Below are positions 28,833-38,495 of a stretch of DNA of 64,000 nucleotides, in pieces. Made by a program: the position numbers and the translations under genes. The stretch comes from Candidatus Kapaibacterium sp. (GTDB lineage Bacteria > Bacteroidota > Ignavibacteria > Kapaibacteriales > UBA2268). The stretch covers positions 42,206-106,205 of the forward strand of contig JAPLFL010000089.1 of the NCBI GenBank assembly GCA_026390695.1, in the 5' to 3' direction. The notes beneath the pieces are model-generated. The model did not search any database and was not told the DNA's origin. It saw only the letters and a program-made list of their open reading frames with translations. Within the stretch, counting starts at the first letter, position 1. The number at the start of each line of letters is the position of its first letter.

Positions 28833-29936
28833 TTAAACCTGATTACAGAACAGAGTAAATACAATTTTTGTACCCTCGCCTTCAATGCTGTGAATATCAA
28901 AATCACCATCATGAAGTTCAACAAGTCTTTTGGCTATTACGAGTCCCAGACCAACTCCCTGTTGTTCATAAATAGTACGTTCGAATTGAATATATGCTCC
29001 CACATTACCTATTTGGGTATTACTCATACCTCTACCGAAATCCTGAATTAAAAAGAAAAGTTTATTATTCTCAGTCCAGGCTTTTAATATAACTTTAGAG
29101 CCTTTATGAGAAAATTTAAGTGCATTATCAACTAATTCATCAATGATTTTATGAAAGCTATCGGTTGCAATTTCAATGTAAATTTGTTCTACATAATCCT
29201 CAATATAAATATCATCTCTTCTTCCGTATTTATCACCGATTAATGGCACAATATCCATGATCATAGCACATGGTTCATCTGTTCGGGAACTTCTTAACTG
29301 GCGACGGATGTCTGTATTGATTTCAAATGATTGTATTCTGACAATGGCAAGGAAATTCTCGGTAATTCTAAGTAATCTGGATGCCGACGAGATAACATCA
29401 TCGGCAATTTCTACAATTTCGTCAGCTTGTATTTCAGTAGAACTGTTTCTCAAATATTTTGCCGATCCGACTACCTGATTTAACACCGTTCTGAATTCAT
29501 GAGGCAAGGCATAAGTTACGTTCCTACCTACTTCTTCAATTTTTTCCTGAAGTTGTCGTTCTATTCTGCTGCTTTTATTCCACTGAGCATTTATAGCGGC
29601 TACAAGCTCACTAAGGGTATAAGGTTTAATAATATAATCATCGGCTCCTTTTTCCATTCCCTGGCGCATATCTGCTTTTTCTGTAAATGCTGTCAGGAAT
29701 ATAAAAGGGGTATTTTCGGTTAATGGATTTGATCTGATTTGTTCCAAGACTCCATAGCCATCCATACCGGGCATTGAAATATCACAAAGGATAAGATCAG
29801 GTTTATGCATAAAAGCTGCTTCAACACCGGTTAAACCTTCAGAAGCAGTAAAAACCTCATAGCCTTCAAATCGTAATAATGTCGAAGTGCTTTCGATAAT
29901 AAAATCAGCGTCATCAATTATTAGAATTCTTTTCAT
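28833..29936 (-). CDS. Hybrid response regulator-histidine kinase
   Basis: N-terminal REC (DD, CDISMP, KP); HEFRT H-box; NALKF, DFGRG, GVGLGL. Confidence 0.93.
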   Translation of the reverse strand: MKRILIIDDADFIIESTSTLLRFEGYEVFTASEGLTGVEAAFMHKPDLILCDISMPGMDGYGVLEQIRSNPLTENTPFIFLTAFTEKADMRQGMEKGADDYIIKPYTLSELVAAINAQWNKSSRIERQLQEKIEEVGRNVTYALPHEFRTVLNQVVGSAKYLRNSSTEIQADEIVEIADDVISSASRLLRITENFLAIVRIQSFEINTDIRRQLRSSRTDEPCAMIMDIVPLIGDKYGRRDDIYIEDYVEQIYIEIATDSFHKIIDELVDNALKFSHKGSKVILKAWTENNKLFFLIQDFGRGMSNTQIGNVGAYIQFERTIYEQQGVGLGLVIAKRLVELHDGDFDIHSIEGEGTKIVFTLFCNQV

Positions 29937-29948
29937 TTTGTTTAATAT

Positions 29949-31061
29949 TTAAATTTTTGGAAAAACAATGGTAAATTTTGATCCAGACCCAACTTTGCTT
30001 TCGAGTGAAATTTTTGCATCAATCAAATCAATATATTTTTTAACAATAGATAGTCCTAAACCCGTTGATTGCTCATTTCCAACCGGTTGTGCAGAAAGAC
30101 GAGCGAACTTTCCATATATTTTTTTCATGTCATCCTCGGTAAAACCCGGCCCCTGATCTATGATTTCAACTTTACAAGGGTTACCGCCGATTAATTTTAT
30201 TTTACAATTGGAAGAAAGTTCGGAAAATTTTATAGCATTTGAAATTAAATTATCTAATATCTGTAAAAGTGCATTTTTATCCGTTTTTGTCACAAATACT
30301 TCATTTTCGGTTTCAAACAGAAGTTCGACTTTTTTCACAGCAGCTCTATCTTGAAAATTATTTATTATTTTTACCAAAATTGAAAATAGATCGGTTTCTT
30401 CGATGTTGATTTTAACCTTTCCCTGTTCAATTTTATTTATATCCAATAGATTATTTATCAGGTCAAGCATTATATTTGATGTAATTACAAGATCGGTTGA
30501 GAATTCTTTTAAATCATCTTTAGAAATATTTTCATCATCGCGGATCATCTTTGCAATCAAAGATATATTGTAAATAGGATTTTTGAGGTCATGGGCTGCA
30601 ATTCCTAAAAATTCATTCTTTTCATTATTTAAATTTATCAGCTCGTCATTTTGTTCTTTTATTTGTTTTAAATACTTTTGAATACGAAGGTGTGTGTTAA
30701 CTCTGGCTTGAAGTTCAATAGCATTAAATGGCTTCAGCACGTAGTCAACAGCACCTAATTCAAATCCACGGATAATATCAGAATGGTTAACCTTAGCAGT
30801 TACAAAAATAACCGGAATATCCTTAGTATCAGGGTCTTCTTTCAGTTTTTCGCAAACTTCATAACCATCCATATCCGGCATCATTACATCCAAAATAATA
30901 AGGTCTGGCTTTGCCGTTTTTGCAATTTTCAGAGACTTAGCTGAATTGGTCGCAATAGAAATTTCGACATTCTGTTTTCGTAAATTTTCTCCAACAACTT
31001 GAATATTTGCAGGATTATCATCTACAACAAGAACCAGTGATTTTTTTTCGTTTTGTGACAT
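29949..31061 (-). CDS. Hybrid response regulator-histidine kinase
   Basis: REC (VVDD, LDVMMP, KPF); AHDLKNP; NAIKF, DQGPG, TGLGL. Confidence 0.93.
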   Translation of the reverse strand: MSQNEKKSLVLVVDDNPANIQVVGENLRKQNVEISIATNSAKSLKIAKTAKPDLIILDVMMPDMDGYEVCEKLKEDPDTKDIPVIFVTAKVNHSDIIRGFELGAVDYVLKPFNAIELQARVNTHLRIQKYLKQIKEQNDELINLNNEKNEFLGIAAHDLKNPIYNISLIAKMIRDDENISKDDLKEFSTDLVITSNIMLDLINNLLDINKIEQGKVKINIEETDLFSILVKIINNFQDRAAVKKVELLFETENEVFVTKTDKNALLQILDNLISNAIKFSELSSNCKIKLIGGNPCKVEIIDQGPGFTEDDMKKIYGKFARLSAQPVGNEQSTGLGLSIVKKYIDLIDAKISLESKVGSGSKFTIVFPKI

Positions 31062-31132
31062 AAAAATTTTAATAAAATAAACATTAGTTACAAATATACA
31101 AAATTATTTCGACTATAAATGCTAAACATAAA

Positions 31133-33784
31133 TTATTCATCATCCATCAAATATTTTTTTAAAAGAACTAAATTATTTTCAATTTGACTTAAATCAATTC
31201 TATATGTTGATTCAATCAAATTAACAGCAAATTTCTCCATTTCAATAATTTTATTAATTTGAGAAAATTCTTCGATTCGATTTGCAAATTCATAAATTCT
31301 GTCGATAATACAAAAGTCTAACAAATTATCAATTTCGTATAAAAATTCAACTTTCATTTTATCTTTCAAATCCGAATCTAATCCTATGTTCGCCAATTCT
31401 TTATAAGTCCATATTTTATCAATATTAGGATTTTTAAATTGACTTTCACTATTTTGCATCGTTGAAGTAAAGTGTTTGGATAGTTCATTGAGGATACTGG
31501 CTTTGTTAAAAGGCTTTCTGATAAAACCTTCACAAATTCCTTCAAAATCAACTTGGCTTTCTTTAATAATCGATGCAGTTAGAACAATAATAGGAATTTC
31601 ATTATATTCTCTATTAGATTTCAGATATTTGCTTGCATCTAATCCACTCATTACCGGCATTACAGCATCCATGAGAATAATATCTGGTTTAATTTTCTCA
31701 ACATAATTCAGGCATTCCAAACCATTTTCCGCTTCATAAAAAATTAGATTTCTATCTTTCAAATAACTTTTGATTAATTCTCTATTGAGTTTTACATCAT
31801 CAACAATTAATACTTTTTGATTGGCAAAAATGATACCATCGGTTCTGGCAGCGTCTTTACTAAGTTTATTAGAGTATTGGTCAGAAATTTCAACATTATC
31901 AAAAATAATAAATAACTTTGTTCCAACTCCCAATTCACTTGAAATAACGATATTTCCTTCCATCATTTCAACCAATTTTTTGGTAATGGAAAGCCCTAAA
32001 CCGGATCCACCATATTTATGAATTATTGTCATATCTTGTTGGTTGAAAGATTCGAATATTTTATTTAATTGCTTCTTTTCTATTCCGATTCCAGTATCTT
32101 CAACAGATACCATCATTTTACATTTCTGAGCCAAATCAGGTTTGGATAATAATTTCAAAGAAACTTCAATTTTACCGGACTCGGTAAATTTAACTGAGTT
32201 TCCGATGACGTTCAAAAGAATTTGTCTGAATCTAAGTTCGTCAAGCATGATAATATCAGGTACATCATCGGCTACTTTAATAATCAGTGCCAATCCTTTT
32301 TCTTCGATCTTAGCAGAGAAAATATGTTTAATTTCATTAAGGATGAGTTTTAAATAAACTGGTTCTTTGGTTATTGAAAAATGACCGGATTCGATTTTAG
32401 ATAGATCTAATATATCGTTAATTAGTTGAAGGAGCATCTTACCACTTGATGAAATAGCCTGAAGATAGTACTTTTGCTGTTCATCACTGATAATCTCTTC
32501 GAGCAGGTCAGAAAAGCCTAAAATCGCATTCATTGGAGTCCTGATTTCGTGACTCATGTTTGCAAGAAACTGGGATTTTGCTTTATTTGCGATTTCGGCT
32601 TGTACCTTAGCACTTGCAAGTTCTTCTTCGTGCATTTTTCTCTCGGTTATGTTTCTTGCAACAATTGTTACACCTGCATAATTACCATCCTGAGAATGCC
32701 TTTTTGAAACTTTGGCACTATACCAAATTTCACCCTCAGGCGTATTAATTGAGTAATCAAATTGCTGAATATCGCCTGTATCAACGACGGATTGAATTGC
32801 GTCGTCATATATCTTAGCCAATGAAGGTGGGAATACAAATTTATAAGACATACCGATAAATAAATCAGTAGGTCTGTAAATACTATCGGAACTTGATTGC
32901 TGGAAGAAATGTAAAAAGTTACCGTTCTTATCTAACACATAAACGAGGTCATCCATTGATGAAAGAGTGGACTTGAGTCTTTCTTCACTTTCAACTAATT
33001 GAGATTGTGCCAATTTTTTTTCACTTATATCTTCGGCAATGCCCATATAACCGATATGATTAAGATTTTCATCATAAATGCCGGTTATAACAAGTTTAAC
33101 ATTTATTAATTTGCCGTTTTTTGTTTTGAAAGTCCATTCTTTTTTATCGTTGAATCCTAATTTTGCCTTCGCAGTAACAGTATCGTAACCTTCTGATATA
33201 TAATCATATTGTAACTGTATTTCTTTAGAATATTCAATTATTTCAAGTGGAACATGGAAAATTTCGGGTGTTAATATTCCAATAACTGATTCAGCACAAT
33301 ACCCTAATAAAAATTCGGCACCAGAATTGAACAAAGTGATTCTATAATTTAAATCTGTGGCAAATATTGCAAAATCAGTTGAAGCATTTAATATGGCTTT
33401 TATTTTTGTTCGATCATCATATAAATTTTTATTTATCAGGTTCAGATCACTAATGTCTGAAAAGCAGACTGTAAATCCATTTTCGGATTTAATAAAATTG
33501 GAATCAAAATATAAAACACTTGAATCATTTGGAAATTTTGCGAGAAAGTGTCTTTCGGTAAATAAATTATCTTGGGTAAAGTTTGAGAAATTTGGAAATA
33601 TGTTGAAAAAACCTTTACCAAGAATATCTGATGGAAGCAAACCGATTGATTCCAATCCCAAACCTTCGGCAGCACTAATGATTCCATTATTATCAACTGT
33701 AATAAAAAAGAAAGGCAATTTAATAAAAATATCTTTATAAATATTTTCTGGATTTGGATTACCTAGTTTTTTATTGTTTTTCAT
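31133..33784 (-). CDS. PAS-domain hybrid sensor histidine kinase/response regulator
   Basis: PAS repeats; FLANMSHEIRTPMN; DTGIG, GSGLGL; C-terminal REC. Confidence 0.95.
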   Translation of the reverse strand: MKNNKKLGNPNPENIYKDIFIKLPFFFITVDNNGIISAAEGLGLESIGLLPSDILGKGFFNIFPNFSNFTQDNLFTERHFLAKFPNDSSVLYFDSNFIKSENGFTVCFSDISDLNLINKNLYDDRTKIKAILNASTDFAIFATDLNYRITLFNSGAEFLLGYCAESVIGILTPEIFHVPLEIIEYSKEIQLQYDYISEGYDTVTAKAKLGFNDKKEWTFKTKNGKLINVKLVITGIYDENLNHIGYMGIAEDISEKKLAQSQLVESEERLKSTLSSMDDLVYVLDKNGNFLHFFQQSSSDSIYRPTDLFIGMSYKFVFPPSLAKIYDDAIQSVVDTGDIQQFDYSINTPEGEIWYSAKVSKRHSQDGNYAGVTIVARNITERKMHEEELASAKVQAEIANKAKSQFLANMSHEIRTPMNAILGFSDLLEEIISDEQQKYYLQAISSSGKMLLQLINDILDLSKIESGHFSITKEPVYLKLILNEIKHIFSAKIEEKGLALIIKVADDVPDIIMLDELRFRQILLNVIGNSVKFTESGKIEVSLKLLSKPDLAQKCKMMVSVEDTGIGIEKKQLNKIFESFNQQDMTIIHKYGGSGLGLSITKKLVEMMEGNIVISSELGVGTKLFIIFDNVEISDQYSNKLSKDAARTDGIIFANQKVLIVDDVKLNRELIKSYLKDRNLIFYEAENGLECLNYVEKIKPDIILMDAVMPVMSGLDASKYLKSNREYNEIPIIVLTASIIKESQVDFEGICEGFIRKPFNKASILNELSKHFTSTMQNSESQFKNPNIDKIWTYKELANIGLDSDLKDKMKVEFLYEIDNLLDFCIIDRIYEFANRIEEFSQINKIIEMEKFAVNLIESTYRIDLSQIENNLVLLKKYLMDDE

Positions 33785-33840
33785 ATTAATTTATCAGAAT
33801 TTATATCTGATGATAGATTTGTTATTTTATTTTTGACATT

Positions 33841-35979
33841 TTACTTGTTCAGTATTTTTTTTAGATTTTGCATCCGGTCACCAACAATAGAGATTGAGTT
33901 TTCAGTAGTATCAAGTTTGGCTCTCAGATTGATTTCTTTATTATAATAAGATTCAATTTTTTCATTTAAATCTTTTAAATTAACTTTAATATGCATTATT
34001 TTTTCATTAACTAAGTTCACATCATACTTTTTTGGGGTATAAACAAATGCAGTAATTAATTCTTTGATTGTCAACAAACCGGTTATTGCAGTTATTGTAT
34101 AAAAGAATGATCGGATCAACCCTATTGTTGCACTATTCATAAAAATTACAGAGAAAATTTCCTTTGAAAAAATTGAGAGAACTAATGAAATAATAGCCGC
34201 AAATCCATAATACAAGAAATTTGATGTTCTCTTTTTACCGATTATTGTATCTTTGCGATCGGTTTGAAACTTCAAATCAGTTTCGAAAATGTTAATCTGA
34301 TTTTTCAAAATTTCAACTTGAGAATGAGTTTGTTCAATTTTATTATTAAGATCTATCTTTAAACTTTCAAAATTCTTTAAAGAAGACTCAAATTCTTTTA
34401 ATTTTGATAGATTGAATAGTGGGATGTTATTGGAAATTGTCTCGGATTTCTCAAGATAAGAATAATAATCATCAAGATCAATTAATGAATTTAATTTGAG
34501 AAAGAGATCGTTCAATTCCGGACTCAATGAATAAACATCTGATTCCACAACAAAAAGGTCTTTATTGCTTTGTATTAATTCAATAGCATCAGGAGCATCA
34601 TCAGCAAAAAATTGTTCTAATGAATATTCAAGATCAAATTGTTTAAAATATGCTAATTTTCTAAAGATTTCCTTTTGTTTATTATCAAATCTTTCTAAAA
34701 TATAATCTACTCCATAATATGCATCTGCAATTTTACGAATTTCGGCAGACACCGTATAGGAGCTAAAAAGAACAGATTTACAGATATAATCCTTCAAAAT
34801 ATCTTTTATTTTTATTTTTCCATTCTCTAATTTATCTGTTAAAAAATCATCTCTTTTCAGTATTTCAAAGGCTTTTTTGTAATCATCGGATATTGAGGGA
34901 AAGCATCTTAATCCCCATTCATCAAATTCATTAAGGAAAGCTGCGTACCTGATCCAGTCTTTTTTATCATTATCATAATCTCTTAAAATCTTTTCAGCAG
35001 CATGATAATAAATTAAAGTATAATCTGTTTCTAATGTTCCGATATTAAGATATTCGGATAATAAATTCAAAATATACGGTATCCCTTTTGTTAAATCACA
35101 AATAAACTCAAAGGACTCATCAATTTTTATTTGATATTTATTTAAAAAATCACTGATTTCATGCTCCGAAAATGGCTTTAACTCGCAGGTACAAACAATT
35201 GAGTCATCTAATTGAGCGATGGGCTGGCGACTCGTTAAAACCATTCTAATATCCAAATAATCACTTATAGAATAATTCGATCCTGTTTCTTCGAAGGAAT
35301 AGGACTTATACTCGAAAAACTTTTTATCCAAATATGTTAAGAATGTTGAATAAATCCATTCGTTTAAAGTTCCTGATATGCTATCTGCATTATCAAGTAT
35401 AATGAAAACTCTCTTCTTTTCTTCCTCGCCAATAGCTGGAGGGAATGACTCGGAGTGATTAATATTTAAAAACACTGTTAGCAAATCAATAAATAGAGCT
35501 TCCACAGCCACTTCACCATTACGTTTAAATAAACGTTCTTCGGTTTTTGTTGAAAACTCATAATTACGAATTGACTTTTGAAGAGTGTGCGTAATTCCAA
35601 TCTCAGAAATAGAAACAGGCTTATTGAATTTTTTAATATTGTTGAAGACCTGTTGATCAGATTGAGATAAAGTATTAATTTTATCATAAAATAAATTACT
35701 ATAAAATTCACACTCGAACTCAGTTTCAAGGTTTTCACCATCGGGATCGATCAAACCGGAAATTAGTCTGAAACTTAAATCGGTCATTGAATTGGTATGT
35801 TCAAAAGTATTTAAAAAGAGAAATAAATCAACCTGATTAGCTTGTTTAAGTGAATCACATAACTCATTTGTCAAATATGATTTGCCCAGCCCAAAACAAC
35901 CTACAATATTAAATATTTTGAAAGTTTCATTTCTGAAATTCAAAAATTTATCTGAAAATTCCATTCTATTAAACATCAT
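33841..35979 (-). CDS. STAND-like P-loop NTPase with coiled coils and two C-terminal TM helices
   Basis: Walker A GCFGLGKS; Walker B FIILD; sensor-1 VLTSR; GxP motif TKGIP; hydrophobic pair near C-terminus. Confidence 0.7.
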   Translation of the reverse strand: MMFNRMEFSDKFLNFRNETFKIFNIVGCFGLGKSYLTNELCDSLKQANQVDLFLFLNTFEHTNSMTDLSFRLISGLIDPDGENLETEFECEFYSNLFYDKINTLSQSDQQVFNNIKKFNKPVSISEIGITHTLQKSIRNYEFSTKTEERLFKRNGEVAVEALFIDLLTVFLNINHSESFPPAIGEEEKKRVFIILDNADSISGTLNEWIYSTFLTYLDKKFFEYKSYSFEETGSNYSISDYLDIRMVLTSRQPIAQLDDSIVCTCELKPFSEHEISDFLNKYQIKIDESFEFICDLTKGIPYILNLLSEYLNIGTLETDYTLIYYHAAEKILRDYDNDKKDWIRYAAFLNEFDEWGLRCFPSISDDYKKAFEILKRDDFLTDKLENGKIKIKDILKDYICKSVLFSSYTVSAEIRKIADAYYGVDYILERFDNKQKEIFRKLAYFKQFDLEYSLEQFFADDAPDAIELIQSNKDLFVVESDVYSLSPELNDLFLKLNSLIDLDDYYSYLEKSETISNNIPLFNLSKLKEFESSLKNFESLKIDLNNKIEQTHSQVEILKNQINIFETDLKFQTDRKDTIIGKKRTSNFLYYGFAAIISLVLSIFSKEIFSVIFMNSATIGLIRSFFYTITAITGLLTIKELITAFVYTPKKYDVNLVNEKIMHIKVNLKDLNEKIESYYNKEINLRAKLDTTENSISIVGDRMQNLKKILNK

Positions 35980-35987
35980 AACCAGCC

Positions 35988-36407
35988 TTAATCAATATTT
36001 AAAGTCATAAATAATTTTGTACCGTTACCGGTATTGATAAACTCAGTCTCATTCATTAAATTTTTAATAATAAAAACTCCACGTCCATTCCCTTTTAATA
36101 AATTTTCCGGTAATCTTGGATCGGAAACTTCCTCTGAATCGAACCCTTCTCCCTGATCCATAATTATTATTGAAATTCTATTCCCATTCAAATTTAGTTG
36201 AAAACCGATACTCTTATCGTTTGAATACTTATTTCCATGTATAATGGCATTATTAATCCCTTCTGTTACGGAAACGATTAAATTATTAAAATTTTCATCG
36301 CTCATTGAATGGGATTTTCTAAAATCCAGCAGTAACTCCTCAATTAAGTGCAATGAATCTTTATTGCTTGGAAGCGAAATATTAATATTTAAATTCTTTT
36401 CATCCAT
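35988..36407 (-). CDS. RsbW-like anti-sigma factor / Ser kinase
   Basis: E...NAIIHGN, DQGEGF, GRGVFII HATPase_c_2 motifs. Confidence 0.9.
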   Translation of the reverse strand: MDEKNLNINISLPSNKDSLHLIEELLLDFRKSHSMSDENFNNLIVSVTEGINNAIIHGNKYSNDKSIGFQLNLNGNRISIIIMDQGEGFDSEEVSDPRLPENLLKGNGRGVFIIKNLMNETEFINTGNGTKLFMTLNID

Positions 36408-36410
36408 TAT

Positions 36411-38285
36411 TTATAAGCGATATTCAGTTTTCAAAAAAAAATTCGGTACGGATTTAATAAAATATTGCTGATTCCTTTGAAATTCATACCAACCGTTAAA
36501 TTGTATAATAACCTTATTAAGATCAATTCTTGAACTAAATTCAGGACCAACCGACTGAAACAGATCATCTGGAACTGAAATTTTCTGATTTAGCTTTCTG
36601 CTCCTGATAAAAAATATCCTCCATCCGATACCTATGTCAAAATTCTTTACTTTATAATCTATAATACATCTTGTAAGAAGCTCCGTATTTGACTGCTGAG
36701 GTGTTTCTTCGAATAAATTACTGTAGAAAACACCAGTTTCATAATATCGGACATTATAAATCAATTGCAAATTTAATGAATTTTTATAAAAAATCATAAT
36801 CGAATCTCGTGAAGAAATCTGTCGCATACTTCTGCTATTTGATGAGAGGCTATCCTCATAATCATAACTTGTATAATTAGCTGATACTTCAAAGACAGGT
36901 GACATTTTAAAATACTCTGTATTGATGAACACCTGTGGCGCAAACTTATATATTCTAATCCAGTTATTATTTATACTAAGCTGAGATTTTAAATAAACAT
37001 TGTGGTTAAAAAAAGCATAAGCTGATGTTTTCATTGAAAAAACCGATGAAAAACGATGAGAAGCAGACAAATTAAAGATTTCTGTAAAAACATCATTGTC
37101 GTCATTCATTAATTTTGAAGGAGAAGCATATTGATTTAGTCTGACTGCATAAGCCACCTGAAAAGTATCTGATATGCTTGGAAACCAAAACGAATTAACA
37201 GAAAATTGTGTTATATTCTGATTATAATCATTCATTTTCTCATTATTCCTTAAATTTCGTAAATCCAGATCCGAGATCTCAAACTTTTTATTTACATCAT
37301 AAGATTTACTGAAAAGATTATAATCCAAACCAATCTGAAATAAAAAATTTTGTATCTCATATTTCAAGTTATAATTAAATAGAAGTACAAATTCATTTTT
37401 ATTTTTATAAGCTGCAGTTTTAGAATCCTTTGGATTATATGCGGAATATGAATCATCAAAAAAATTTGACTCACCATGAACTGTAAAATCATTAATAAAA
37501 GAAAATAATTGAAACTTTAAATTAAAATGCCCATTAAATCGGTTTTCAAACCAGTTCTCAACCTGATAATCAGAATTTGATCCGGCAAGTCTCTGTAGAA
37601 AATTTGTTTTAAGTAACTTATAACCCATTAAAAAAGTTATTGAATTATCGGCATCATAATCTCTGGTCAATCTCGCTGAAACATTTGCAAGTGCATTGGT
37701 TCTGTTAAGATTGAGTTTAACGTATTCCGCATTTGAAATCAAATAATAATTAAAATCATCAGTGTTAATTTTTTGATAGTTTGCTGCTGCACTTGTATAT
37801 AAGCCATCGGAGATTAAATTGATCATATTATTTCGCTGAATACCAACCAAAGCTTCGATAAATGAATTATCATCGGAACCGTATTGCAATCCGGAACTAA
37901 AATCAATTTTCTCATTTTTATTCAAACCAATTAACCTTGAATTAGAGTTCAGAAGCCATCTCTGTCGAGTTTCAAAATTAAATAAATCTATAATTTTCTT
38001 TTTATATAATAAACTGAATTGTTCATCATCAATAAAATTTTTGGAAGCATCGAGCAAAGTTGAACCACGGTAATTTTGATTAATATTAAAATTCCCGAAA
38101 TCAGTATTAAAATTTAAATTACCAGATGAAGTAAAAGTAAATTTATCGATATATTTATCAGCTCCTATACTTATAAAACTCCTTTTCAAGCTATCATATT
38201 CCTGAGAAAAACTGTATTCATTTTTGCTAATCATTAGCACTATTATCAGCAATAAAAGTTGTCTTCTGTTTAATTTTTGCATCAA
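36411..38285 (-). CDS. Putative outer-membrane beta-barrel protein
   Basis: Signal peptide; alternating aromatic beta strands; ends F.L..EYRL. Confidence 0.6.
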   Translation of the reverse strand: MMQKLNRRQLLLLIIVLMISKNEYSFSQEYDSLKRSFISIGADKYIDKFTFTSSGNLNFNTDFGNFNINQNYRGSTLLDASKNFIDDEQFSLLYKKKIIDLFNFETRQRWLLNSNSRLIGLNKNEKIDFSSGLQYGSDDNSFIEALVGIQRNNMINLISDGLYTSAAANYQKINTDDFNYYLISNAEYVKLNLNRTNALANVSARLTRDYDADNSITFLMGYKLLKTNFLQRLAGSNSDYQVENWFENRFNGHFNLKFQLFSFINDFTVHGESNFFDDSYSAYNPKDSKTAAYKNKNEFVLLFNYNLKYEIQNFLFQIGLDYNLFSKSYDVNKKFEISDLDLRNLRNNEKMNDYNQNITQFSVNSFWFPSISDTFQVAYAVRLNQYASPSKLMNDDNDVFTEIFNLSASHRFSSVFSMKTSAYAFFNHNVYLKSQLSINNNWIRIYKFAPQVFINTEYFKMSPVFEVSANYTSYDYEDSLSSNSRSMRQISSRDSIMIFYKNSLNLQLIYNVRYYETGVFYSNLFEETPQQSNTELLTRCIIDYKVKNFDIGIGWRIFFIRSRKLNQKISVPDDLFQSVGPEFSSRIDLNKVIIQFNGWYEFQRNQQYFIKSVPNFFLKTEYRL

Positions 38286-38291
38286 TATCCA

Positions 38292-38495
38292 TCAGTCTGA
38301 CAATTTCATAATTTCGTTATAACACAATCTCTTATATTGAACTACCAAGCGAACAATTTCTTCGCTCGTTTCCACAACTATATATTTTTTCCCTGATTTA
38401 GTCGAGATACAACTTTCATGCTGAGATTCCACAATCTCAATTTCATCAGCATTCAAAATAAATTTCGTGCCGTCAATTCTGGTTAAAGTAATCAT
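38292..38495 (-). CDS. flbD: Flagellar FlbD family protein
   Basis: MI.LTR..G..F.LNA..IE..E.......SGKKY.V.E...E.....V.YKR pattern. Confidence 0.85.
   Translation of the reverse strand: MITLTRIDGTKFILNADEIEIVESQHESCISTKSGKKYIVVETSEEIVRLVVQYKRLCYNEIMKLSD

Noticed and set aside
28716-29051. 111-aa ORF on the plus strand, and other short antisense ORFs inside long genes
   Set aside because: They overlap well-supported genes on the opposite strand or in another frame and show no recognisable motifs.
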